NCBI GenBank assembly: GCA_963734545.1
Contig: CAVTHO010000004.1
Coordinates: 576,001 to 640,000 of the forward strand
Origin: an uncultured Spirochaetota bacterium
Lineage (GTDB): Bacteria; Spirochaetota; Spirochaetia; SZUA-6; Fen-1364
Reading direction: 5' to 3'
DNA length: 64,000 nucleotides
The stretch's first letter is position 1; every line of letters begins with the position of its first letter. The position numbers and the translations under genes are program-made. Below are positions 38,193 to 47,765 of this stretch, one piece after another. The notes beneath the pieces were generated by a model. It was not told the DNA's origin. It saw nothing but the letters and a program-made list of their open reading frames with translations, and did not search any database.

Positions 38193-38277
38193 GGGCGGCG
38201 TGCTGCTGCCGGGCGTGCGCCCCTGGCTTGCACGTCGTGCTGCCTCCGTATAGGATCGCGTCCAGGCAGCACGGCTC

Positions 38278-41200
38278 ATGGCAACCGACAAGAGAAAGCA
38301 TACACGTGTCAGTCACCGCGACACGGTGGAGCTCACATCAGGGTCGTACACGTTCTCCGGAACCTCCGTCAACGTCAGTACGAGCGGAATGCAGGTGGTT
38401 GTCCGGCTGCCGGAGTCTCATGATTCGATCCGCAGCATAGCCTTCCAGATCCCCGGCTCCGGCGAACGCGTCGAGCTGCCCTGTCGCCTGATTCGCAATT
38501 CGGAACACGATGTCGAGGGTGACCAGGTCCTGGGCCTCGAATTTCTCTACGAAGCGGATGCCCAGCTCCTGCTCATCGAGAAGTTCATCCAGGATACCCA
38601 GCGCAGCAGGGACGATGCACGCGAGCTTCCCCGGACCTCCTGCCACCTGGACGATGTCACGGTCGAAAACCAGGCGGTCGAGGTTCTCTCCATTGACAAC
38701 CTCTCCACCGAGGGAATGCTTCTCAGCTATCGCGGAAACCTGAGACAGGGCGACCCGCTCACCGTGAGCGTGGGCATTCCGGGGGACGAGCGCCGCCTGC
38801 GCCTGACGGGCGTCGTGGTGTACGTGATGGAGAACGTGCTTCGGGGATCTTTGACGGCGGGCTTGCGGCTGTCGGTCATGAAAGAGACCGAGGAACGCAG
38901 ACTGAGGAATCTCATCGTCGCCTGCTCCTCGGGGAGCGCGATACGCGGCCTGCACCAGCACATTCATTCCAGGACGCTGGAACCCGAGTCCCGAATAACA
39001 GATCCGGTCCTGATCAGCGACATCCTGCAGGCTCTGCAAGTGGAATGCGTGCGCCTGAGCACGCTGGTAGAAGGTTCCTTCACCATCCTCGAGCATGAGG
39101 TTGAGGGCGTTGACCAGGACCTGCGGCGGTTCACGATCAAGCCGGACAGAGCGCTCGTCTCGCGCGCCCTCACACCGGGTGTAGCGGTGTACTTCAGCTT
39201 CTACAGGAACAAGGCCAGCTACTACTTCAAGGCGGAAGCCGCCTCCGCCAGCGACCAGCTCTTGAGCTTCCCTTTTCCCGTCGTCGTGTTCCGCACGGAC
39301 AAGAGATCCTACCAGAGAAAGCCGCTGCAGAACGTCTCTCGCGTGAGGCTGGGGGTCCTCGGAGAGAAGTCGGAAAGGCATACCTTCGAGGGGACATTGA
39401 TCGACATCAGCCGCAGAGGGTTTCTCTGCGAGCTTCATCTCACCGCCGAATCCCAGGCATTATTTCAGAAGGGAAAAGGCATTCATTACACCGTGGACGA
39501 CAGGCTGGGTCTGGGAAGCGAAGGCCAGATCCGACACCTGAAGGCTCTGCCTTCACCCGAAGGCGTTATGCTCCAGGTCGGTGTGGAGGCGGGAATCGGC
39601 AGAAACGCGGTGCGTTCCCGCCGCATCCCGGATGCAGAATGGGAAGAAGGGAACTCGAGCAGGAACTGGCCGCCCGGTCCTGAAAGGCACATCGAGTCCC
39701 ACGTCGTGAGGTTCCCTGACAGGGACGGCCATGAAATCTGCGCCTTCCTCAACGCCACCGAGCTGCGGGTCAAAGCTCCCGTCGTCATCATCCCCTCGGC
39801 ATACGGGAAAAAGAAGGAAGCATTTTCTCCCCTCGTGGCGACCCTGCTCGCGAGCTTCTGGAGCGAGGGAAAGAACATCGTCACGCTGCGCTTCGACGGC
39901 ACCAACCGCCCGGGGGAAAGCTACCAGGAGGAAAGCAATCCACGGCGCGGGTACGAAATGCTCTCCTACAGGATCAGCCAGGGGCTCGGCGATCTCCAGG
40001 CGGCCCTGGACTTCGTACGCGACAACCCGTACTTCATCGCGGAAAAGGTGATCATGGTCTCCTTCAGCATGTCCGCCATTGACGTGCGGCGCCTGCTGAG
40101 CAGGGACGAGGAAAGTGGTGTCGACTACTGGATCAGCGTCATGGGGGTTCCCGCTGCGCAGACCACGCTCCGCAACATCCTGGGCGGCATCGACATCATC
40201 AGCAATTACCGCCTGGGGATTCCGAACGGCATCATCGGGCTGCTGGGGCATCTCATCGACATGGACATCATGGCGGCAGATGTGGTGGACAAGAAATACG
40301 CCTTCCTCACCGACGCGCGCCTGGACATGTCGCGCATCGCCATTCCCGTTCTGTGGATCTACGGCGTGTACGACAAGTGGGTGGAGATGGACGAGGTCAA
40401 GGACCTGATGTCGGTCAAGGCGCGCGGGACACGCGAGACGCTCGAGATCCCCACCGGGCACAACCTGCGCACCAGTGACGACGCCATCCAGACCTTCAAG
40501 CTGATCGCCAGCTCCATCCATGAAAAGCTGTACGGAAAACAGGTCACGGCGCGCGACCCCTGGAAAGAAGAGATGATGCGCGTGCTCACGGAGGAACGCG
40601 AGCGGCTTGAGAACAGGGCGGCTCCCCCGCTCACGGACTACTGGCGCGGGTACCTCCTCGGCAACGAGAGGAACACGGTCGGGTACGATTTCTATCGCCA
40701 TATCCCGGAGTTCAAGTCGTTTTTCAGAACACAGGCAAAATGCCTGTCGCTGGAGGCGGAGGAGATCGTTGCAGACCTGGGCTGCGGCACGGGAATCTTC
40801 CTGGAGGAGCTCCTGGACTTCATTGCGGGCAGGGAAGAGCGAACATCGGTACGAGAGATCACGGCAATCGACCTTATTCCGGACGCTCTGGACAGGACAA
40901 GGGCAAAGTGCGAAAGGATCGTCGCGAGGCACCCCGGCCTGGCTGAAATCGGCTTCCGGTATGTCCAGAAGAACCTGGAGCCCAACAGGCTCATCCCCGT
41001 TGCGCGTTTCATTGAATCAGATGCGCCGTCACTCGAGTCGCTTCGCAACAGGATCGAGGGGCTTTCCAGCAGAGTGCTCGACCGCCTCATCGAGCGAACC
41101 CCACCGGGGCTGCTGGAGGTGATGCGCGGTGCGGTCTCGGAAGAGATGATCTCAGGGCTTGCATCGACCCTGGAGCCGGTGGAGATGCAGACGGTACTGG

Positions 41201-41793
41201 AGTTCAACAGGGCGGCGCGCTTCCTGCAGAATCGGATCGGGCCCCGGGACATCAGGCCGGAGCGCCAGGCCGCGCAGATCGCCCCCGGCAGCCTGCGCAC
41301 GAGCGACCTGTTGTTCGAGACTCTGAGCTTCGACGACTGTGATTCCGTCCTGACCCTGGGGCTGCCTGAGAATCACTTCACAAAGATCGTCGCGAGCCTC
41401 TTCATCTCCTACCTTCGCAATCCAGACTACGCCCTTGCCGAGTGCCATCGCATGCTCACGCCGGGGGGGACCCTCGTGGTGTCCTCCATGAAACCCGACA
41501 GCGATATCTCCACGATATTCACCAACTATATACGAAAGGTGCTGAACCCAAGCTGCCCCGAAGAGGGCGAGAAGGACGACGAAGGCAGCGCCAGCGCTGC
41601 CCGGGCCATGCTCAACGAAGCGGCGAGCCTGTTCGAGCTGGAAGAAGACGGCTTCTTCAAGTTCTACACTGCGGATGAGCTGACAAAGCTGCTTTCCAGC
41701 GCCGGATTCGACGAAATCAGGGTGTTTCCTTCGATGGGAAACCCGGCCCAGGCAAATGTCGCGGTTGCAAGAAAAAGGTTGACAAAATCTTAG
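38278..41793 (+). CDS. Multidomain protein: 3 PilZ domains + LuxD-like acyl-ACP thioesterase + class I SAM methyltransferase
   Basis: PilZ motif pairs RKHTR/NVSTSG, RELPR/NLSTEG and RSYQR/DISRRG. Hydrolase triad candidates SFSMS, YDKWV, GHNL. Methyltransferase motifs DLGCGTG, IDLI and ECHRMLTPGG. Confidence 0.85.
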   Translation: MATDKRKHTRVSHRDTVELTSGSYTFSGTSVNVSTSGMQVVVRLPESHDSIRSIAFQIPGSGERVELPCRLIRNSEHDVEGDQVLGLEFLYEADAQLLLIEKFIQDTQRSRDDARELPRTSCHLDDVTVENQAVEVLSIDNLSTEGMLLSYRGNLRQGDPLTVSVGIPGDERRLRLTGVVVYVMENVLRGSLTAGLRLSVMKETEERRLRNLIVACSSGSAIRGLHQHIHSRTLEPESRITDPVLISDILQALQVECVRLSTLVEGSFTILEHEVEGVDQDLRRFTIKPDRALVSRALTPGVAVYFSFYRNKASYYFKAEAASASDQLLSFPFPVVVFRTDKRSYQRKPLQNVSRVRLGVLGEKSERHTFEGTLIDISRRGFLCELHLTAESQALFQKGKGIHYTVDDRLGLGSEGQIRHLKALPSPEGVMLQVGVEAGIGRNAVRSRRIPDAEWEEGNSSRNWPPGPERHIESHVVRFPDRDGHEICAFLNATELRVKAPVVIIPSAYGKKKEAFSPLVATLLASFWSEGKNIVTLRFDGTNRPGESYQEESNPRRGYEMLSYRISQGLGDLQAALDFVRDNPYFIAEKVIMVSFSMSAIDVRRLLSRDEESGVDYWISVMGVPAAQTTLRNILGGIDIISNYRLGIPNGIIGLLGHLIDMDIMAADVVDKKYAFLTDARLDMSRIAIPVLWIYGVYDKWVEMDEVKDLMSVKARGTRETLEIPTGHNLRTSDDAIQTFKLIASSIHEKLYGKQVTARDPWKEEMMRVLTEERERLENRAAPPLTDYWRGYLLGNERNTVGYDFYRHIPEFKSFFRTQAKCLSLEAEEIVADLGCGTGIFLEELLDFIAGREERTSVREITAIDLIPDALDRTRAKCERIVARHPGLAEIGFRYVQKNLEPNRLIPVARFIESDAPSLESLRNRIEGLSSRVLDRLIERTPPGLLEVMRGAVSEEMISGLASTLEPVEMQTVLEFNRAARFLQNRIGPRDIRPERQAAQIAPGSLRTSDLLFETLSFDDCDSVLTLGLPENHFTKIVASLFISYLRNPDYALAECHRMLTPGGTLVVSSMKPDSDISTIFTNYIRKVLNPSCPEEGEKDDEGSASAARAMLNEAASLFELEEDGFFKFYTADELTKLLSSAGFDEIRVFPSMGNPAQANVAVARKRLTKS

Positions 41794-41806
41794 ATCCTTC
41801 TACAAT
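41779..41806 (+). promoter_or_regulatory. Internal sigma70-like promoter for the ligase-ACP genes
   Basis: TTGACA-16-TACAAT overlapping the end of the PilZ gene; RBS GAGGA before ATG 41845. Confidence 0.6.
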
Positions 41807-41844
41807 AGCCGTTAGTCCAATTAACTCTAATAGAAGAGGAATCT

Positions 41845-43239
41845 ATGATTGGCATAGGGCAAGCCATCAGCGCCTCTCTCCGCGATTGGGGTGATTGGCC
41901 CGCTTTCCTTCAAGTAAGCAAGGCCCGCGGGATCTCTTCCACCTCTTCCGCCGCGTTCTCAGCGAGAATCATCGAGATTGCCCGACAACTCTCGGCCTGG
42001 GGGATTCGGGAAAAGTACCTGGTTCCCCTGTTCCTCGACAACTCAACCGACTTCATCACCATATTCCTGGCCCTGCTCCACATCGGCGCCATCCCTGTCC
42101 TGGTGAAGCGGGAGTACAGGGCCCTGGAGCTGGATGAGATCTTCAGCAATGCCCGTCCCCAGGCCGTGATCACCGAACAGGAGCACATGCGGCTCCTGAC
42201 GCCCTACCTCCGCGACACAATTGTCATTATGCGGTCGGAAAGCCGATTCTCCCTGACGCAATCCGCCGAGGGCCTGCAGTGCCGTGAGGACATCCCGGAT
42301 GACATTGCCTCCATCAACTACACGTATCGAGGATACGGCTACACCCTGGGCGCCATGGTCTCCCACGCTCAGTACCTGCACGGCGCACGGGTGCTGCAGG
42401 ACGGCCTCCAGGCATCAGCGGGAGAAAAGATGCTCATCATCCTGCCGATGGCCCATATCTTCACGATGGTGGGCTGCATTCTCGTCCCTCTGCTCTTCCG
42501 AATGACCAGCGTGATCGTGGACTCCCTGCACCCGCGGCTCCTCTTCCAGTACATCCGCGACTTCCGCATCGAGCACGTGACGTCCGTGCCGGAGATCTAT
42601 GAGCTGCTCTACCGGCTGCGCGACCCTGCCGCGGACCTGTCCTCTCTCAAGGTCTTTGTGTCGGGCGGAAGCCTCCTGACCCCGGACAGCTATTCGACCC
42701 TGACCCGGGCCTTTTCCGTCGACCTGCTTCACGGGTACGGACTGACGGAGTTCACGCCGGTCAGCCGCAACGTGCGCCACGCGGCCAGGCCGGGAACCGT
42801 CGGGCCGCTCTGCGACCAGGTAGAGTGCCGGATAGACCCGGCAGGTCCGGACGGGGCCGGAGAGATCCTGATCAGGACGCCGCACGAGATAGGCAGGTAC
42901 TACCACAGGCCGCGCGAGTCCGACGAAGCGCGGCGCGATGGCTGGTTTCGCACAGGGGATATGGGCCGCATGGACGACGGCCACTTGGTGTTCGTGAAAG
43001 AGCTGAAGAATACGAGAAAAATCAACGGCAACCTCGTGGACATGGAAGAGGTCAGCCGCGCGTTCCGGCTGGACAAGGACGTGGCGGAGGTGCAGGTGGG
43101 GTGGGAAAACAACTCCCTTTTTGCAAACCTTGCATTGAGCCGGCATATCGACTTTGAAGAAAAGACGAAACGGCTGAAGACCTCGCTGCGGGACGTTCTT
43201 GCGGAGTACAAGATACCCCGGCGCTTGAGCGTGTTGTAG
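41845..43239 (+). CDS. AMP-binding (ANL superfamily) acyl-CoA/acyl-ACP ligase-like protein, divergent
   Basis: LPMAHIF, SGGS, GYGLTE and FRTGDMG are present. The P-loop is degenerate (YTYRGYGYTLG) and the C-terminus is short. Confidence 0.8.
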   Translation: MIGIGQAISASLRDWGDWPAFLQVSKARGISSTSSAAFSARIIEIARQLSAWGIREKYLVPLFLDNSTDFITIFLALLHIGAIPVLVKREYRALELDEIFSNARPQAVITEQEHMRLLTPYLRDTIVIMRSESRFSLTQSAEGLQCREDIPDDIASINYTYRGYGYTLGAMVSHAQYLHGARVLQDGLQASAGEKMLIILPMAHIFTMVGCILVPLLFRMTSVIVDSLHPRLLFQYIRDFRIEHVTSVPEIYELLYRLRDPAADLSSLKVFVSGGSLLTPDSYSTLTRAFSVDLLHGYGLTEFTPVSRNVRHAARPGTVGPLCDQVECRIDPAGPDGAGEILIRTPHEIGRYYHRPRESDEARRDGWFRTGDMGRMDDGHLVFVKELKNTRKINGNLVDMEEVSRAFRLDKDVAEVQVGWENNSLFANLALSRHIDFEEKTKRLKTSLRDVLAEYKIPRRLSVL

Positions 43240-43252
43240 GAGGCACGGAAAC

Positions 43253-43528
43253 ATGGGCAATGTACAGGAATACCAGAGCGCGACGCAATTCAAGAATGCA
43301 ATCAAGCAGATCGTGTCACGGATCTCCCGGATCGATGTGGCGGAGCTGGATGACGGGCTCTTGATACGCGAAGAGCTGGGAATCGACAGCCTGATGGCAA
43401 TGGAGATCATTGCCACCTGCGAAAAGCTGCTGGGTTTTAGGATTGATGAAACACTATTCGCCGACGTGAAGACAGTAGAAGATTTCTTCGAGCTTCTCAT
43501 GACCCTCGTAGGGAGGGTGAATGCGTAA
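43253..43528 (+). CDS. Acyl carrier protein
   Basis: Acidic 91-aa protein with the ELGIDSLMAMEI phosphopantetheine site and KTVED. Confidence 0.9.
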   Translation: MGNVQEYQSATQFKNAIKQIVSRISRIDVAELDDGLLIREELGIDSLMAMEIIATCEKLLGFRIDETLFADVKTVEDFFELLMTLVGRVNA

Positions 43529-43705
43529 ATCAGAGCTGCGCATGCTTCCCGCTTCCCCGGCCAGCTCGGTCTTGCTGACGGCCGCAGCGCACGTGCGTTG
43601 CAGCGGGAGTTTTGCCGTAAAAGGGACCGCCTGGCCTGTGACCAGAAGCGCTCCATTGCTATCCTGCGGAAGGCTGGAGCGACTGTCGCAGTCTGGCAAA
43701 CGAGC

Positions 43706-45037
43706 TCAGGCCAGTTGTTTGTATATTTCCTTGAAATAGGCCGACCTGTCCCTGAAAGCCCTCTCGTTGAATATCTGGCGATATGCCCAGATAAAGCCGT
43801 CTTCGAGCTGCTCCTTGGTCATTCCCTTTGGCCGGAAGGTGACGTCGAGGAACGTACAGCGCTCCCAGAACGGCTCGGGGTAGAGGAACCTGTCCTCTTC
43901 CTTCAATCGTTCATACATTCGTGACCCCGGCAGCGGGGTGGCCACCGTCAGCTGGCCGGTCAGCTGGTTTCGGTTCATGAAGTCGACAACGCGGCTGAAC
44001 ACCCCCTGGTTGTCGTGGTCGAGGCCAAAAATAAACGAGCTGAACACCACGATGCCGTGCTCCTGGATGCGGCGCACATGCGCCTCGTAATTCGGAAGCT
44101 GGCGCAGCTTCCAATCATTGCGGTTCATCCCTGATAGATTCTGGGGATCGAGACTTTCGAAACCGATGAGCAGGAAAAGACATCCGGAACGGTAGATCTG
44201 CTGGAGAAGCTCTTCGTCCGCGCCAATGGCGATATCCGTTTGGCCGATCCAACGGACCTTGAGCTCCTCAAGCGCCACCAGAAGCTCCTTGGCGAATCGT
44301 CGATCGGTGAACAGGTTGTCATCAGCGAAGAGGATGAGGCGGTTCGGGACACTGCGTCTTATCGCAGCAATTTCGTTGCGAACCTGAAGTATGGTCTTTT
44401 TGCGCGGCTTCTTTCCGTAGATCCCGGTTACCAGGCAGAACTCGCAATCGTGTGGGCAGCCCCTGCTCGCCTGGACCGGCACAAAGTTGTAGAAGTGTTC
44501 CGGGTCGAGCAGTGTCTTGCTTCCACTCAGAAGATCGTAGCGAGGCAATGGCGATGTGGTGAGATCTATGTAATGACCCGCAGTGTTGCGGTAGATTTGT
44601 TGCGGCTCCCCATTCTGAAAGTCCTGGAGGAAGCGGGGCCAGAGCTCCTCGGCCTCGCCGACGACGACCGTGTCAGCACGGGAAGCGGCCTCTTGTGGCA
44701 TCATGGTGGCGTGACTTCCCCCGATGACAACATAGACGCCCCGGGCCCGGAACTCAGCAGCGATTTGATAGGCACGGACGATAGTCTGAGTCATTGCAGT
44801 GATCCCGACCAGGTCGTAGTTCGCCGTGTAGTCTATCGGAGCAAAGTCTTCGTGGACGATCTCGACGTCGATGGCTGGCGGAGTCAAGCCGGCTATGGTG
44901 AGCAGACTCAAAGACGGCGAGTACCAAGCCTTCAAGAACTTGTGGCACTCACGCAGTGCAAGCGTTATCTTCTCGGTCTTTGCCCAGACATCACGTCTTG
45001 GATTTATCAGGCATATTCGACTCAATGTGCGGCGCAC
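43706..45037 (-). CDS. B12-binding radical SAM protein
   Basis: IGGSHAT cobalamin-domain motif, RGCPHDCEFC, FADDN, IGFES, FIFGLD, TPLPGS. Confidence 0.9.
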   Translation of the reverse strand: MRRTLSRICLINPRRDVWAKTEKITLALRECHKFLKAWYSPSLSLLTIAGLTPPAIDVEIVHEDFAPIDYTANYDLVGITAMTQTIVRAYQIAAEFRARGVYVVIGGSHATMMPQEAASRADTVVVGEAEELWPRFLQDFQNGEPQQIYRNTAGHYIDLTTSPLPRYDLLSGSKTLLDPEHFYNFVPVQASRGCPHDCEFCLVTGIYGKKPRKKTILQVRNEIAAIRRSVPNRLILFADDNLFTDRRFAKELLVALEELKVRWIGQTDIAIGADEELLQQIYRSGCLFLLIGFESLDPQNLSGMNRNDWKLRQLPNYEAHVRRIQEHGIVVFSSFIFGLDHDNQGVFSRVVDFMNRNQLTGQLTVATPLPGSRMYERLKEEDRFLYPEPFWERCTFLDVTFRPKGMTKEQLEDGFIWAYRQIFNERAFRDRSAYFKEIYKQLA

Positions 45038-45211
45038 GGGCGCGAGTATATGACGCAGCGATCTCCCGGCGCAAGGGCAATCTCGAGACGCAGCGCGGGA
45101 GGATCCTGACCAGGGGCTTCTGCAAGCGTGCGAAAGGGTATATGATGCTGGAAATGCCCGGCGCGCTCAGTATTTCTGGAAGGTGTGAGAAAATACCATA
45201 GAAAGGCGAGA

Positions 45212-47726
45212 ATGAGCTCAGAGAATCCGGCTCTCTCAAGCGACCTATCCTCTCTCCACGCCGGATTCGAGGCGGAAACCAGGGAAAAAGCGATTCGAGA
45301 CCTTCGTCTCGTCGTAGTGATCGCGGGTGTTTTCTACATGCTCTTCCTCATTCTCGACTATTTCGCGTATCCCGGCCTATTTCTCACTTTTCTGCTGATA
45401 CGGTGCATAGTCGTTTTCGGCAGTGGGCTGATTTTTCTTCTGATGTGGACACCAATGGGCACAGCGCACCCCCGCCTTTTCGCGATGCTTGAATACCTGT
45501 TGTGCGGCTCGGGCATCATGGTGATGGTTCATCTTTCAGGCGGTTACACCAGCTCGTACTATGCCGGCGTCATCCTGGTCCTGCTGTTTTTCATTTCCAT
45601 CCTACCCCTGGACGACAAGAGAACCCTGTTCATATGCGTGATTCTCTACGCAATGTATCTCGTGCCGATCCTCGCGCTGCAGAGGATCGTCCGATTCGAT
45701 ATATTCCTGAACAACAACTTCTTTCTCTTCACCACGATCGCTCTTGTAGTCCTCAGCTCGCAACTTGCCACCCAGATGCGGTTTCGGGAGTTCAGCGGCA
45801 GATTCAATCTTGCCCGCGCAAATGAGGAGCTGAAGAAGCTCGACGTCCTGAAGTCCCAGTTCTTCGCGAACGTGAGCCACGAGGTCCGCACTCCCCTCAC
45901 CTCCATCCTGTCGCCCATCCAGAGCCTGTACCAGGGAGACCTTGGGCCCCTGGTTCCCGAGCATCAAATGCTCATCGGACAGGTCTACCGCAACGCGCTG
46001 AAGCTGCTCGATATGATCAACCAGATGCTCGATTTCTCGAAATTCGAAGCACGCAAGATGCAGCTCCGTCTCAAGCACGTCGACATAGACGAGCTGGCAC
46101 GGGACATCGTGACGACCTTCCAGGACGTCACGGAGCGGAAGGGATTGAAGCTGCGCTACGTGGTTGAGGGGGAATTGCCGCCCGCATACCTGGACGCGGA
46201 AAAGCTCGAGCGAATCCTTACCAATCTGATTCGAAACGCCATCAAGTTCACAGAGAGCGGGTCCATTACCGTCCGGGTCGGCGCCACGCCGGTGAACCGG
46301 TGGCTCGAAGTCAGGGACACCGGCATCGGCATTCCGATGCAGCATCTTGCGAATATCTTCAACAGGTTCCAGCAGGTGGACTCCTCCTCCACGCGAAAAT
46401 ACGAAGGAACGGGGCTCGGTCTCACGATCGTCAAGGAGTCGGTGGAGCTGATGCAGGGGAGCGATCAATGTCCAGAGCGAGGAAAGGCGGGGCACGACGT
46501 TTCGGATCGAGCTGCCGGCAAACCTGGATCAGCTTGCCCCGGACGCGTTCGTCGACAGGAGGAAGGACGCGCAGCGCCGGCAGCCCGCTGATGAGTTCGA
46601 CGGCGACGAAAAAAGAAGGAAAGCGCGGCGTGAATCGGACCTGGCGCGGATCACCGTGGATGATCTTGCCCTTATCGAGAAAGAGACCATCGACCGCGAA
46701 GCAAAGGACGGCCGCGTCCCTGCGCACGATGGGAACGGCAACGCCGACCACATCCTGCTCGTGGAGGACAACGTCGACCTCAGGGCCTACATCAGCAAGA
46801 TGCTCTCCCGGTTCGGGCATGAAGTGGCCACGGCCATCGACGGACTGGACGGCTGGGAGCATGCACAGACGGACCTCCCCGATCTCGTGGTGTCGGACAT
46901 CATGATGCCGCGCATGGACGGCTACGAGCTGGTGGGCCGGATCAAGTCCACTGACACGACCCGGCATATCCCGGTGATCCTGATCACGGCGAAGCCGGAG
47001 ATCGAATCCAAGCTGGAAGGGCTGCAGAAGGGCGCGGACGACTATCTGCCCAAGCCCATCAACATCCGCGAGCTGGACGCCCGCATCCGGAACCTTCTCG
47101 TGACCCGGAACCTCCAGCAGGCGCTGGCGCGTGAAGCCGAGCTGGGCGCGCGGATGGAAGAGCTCAGCATGAGCTTCTCCCAATCACTGGAGATCCGGGA
47201 CTTCAACACTGCCGGCCATTCGCGTGACGTCCTGTACCTGGGCACGATCATCGCGGAAGGAATCGGCATCCCGGTGGACCGCATGCTGAAGGATTCACTT
47301 CTCCTGCACGATATCGGCAAGCTGGGCATACCCGACCGGATTCTCCTCAAGGAGTCGCCGCTGAACGAGGAGGAGTGGAAGATCATGAGAACCCACCCCG
47401 AGCTGGGGGCGAGCCTGCTCGGGCACTTCGAGTCCTATCGGGAGATAAGCAGCATCATCCTCGCGCACCAGGAGCACCTGAACGGCACCGGCTATCCACG
47501 GGGATTGAAGGGCGACGAGATCCCCCTGTTCGCCCGGATCATCGCCATCGCGGATGCCTACCACGCAATGACCAGCAACCGCCCGTACCGCAAGGCGCTC
47601 CCGGCGAGCAGGGCAGTGCTCGAGCTCACGCGGAACCGCGGCACGCAGTTCGATGCCGCGCTCGTCGATGCCTTCATAAAGGGTCTCCTGCAGCGCAGGA
47701 TCATTACGATGGAAGACATCATGTGA
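45212..47726 (+). CDS. Membrane sensor histidine kinase fused to REC and HD-GYP phosphodiesterase domains, frameshift in G-run near 46458
   Basis: 5-6 TM helices; H-box SHEVRTPL; boxes NAIKFT, DTGIG, GTGLGL. The shifted frame reads MQGAINVQSE...TTFRIELP and runs without a stop into REC (VEDN, SDIMMP, KP) and HD-GYP (HDIGK, GTGYP, IADAYHAM). Confidence 0.85.
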
Positions 47727-47765
47727 GCGGGTAGCAATGGCGGAAGCGCCGCCGCGAGAGCGGGC

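Noticed and set aside
39690-43239. Bioluminescence (lux) operon
   Set aside because: Only a LuxD-like domain is present; there is no luxA/B luciferase, luxC reductase or LuxE-type synthetase.
46450-46465. Programmed frameshift or phase variation in the kinase gene
   Set aside because: Only a 4-G run with no slippery heptamer; similar indels occur across the window, including in dnaJ.
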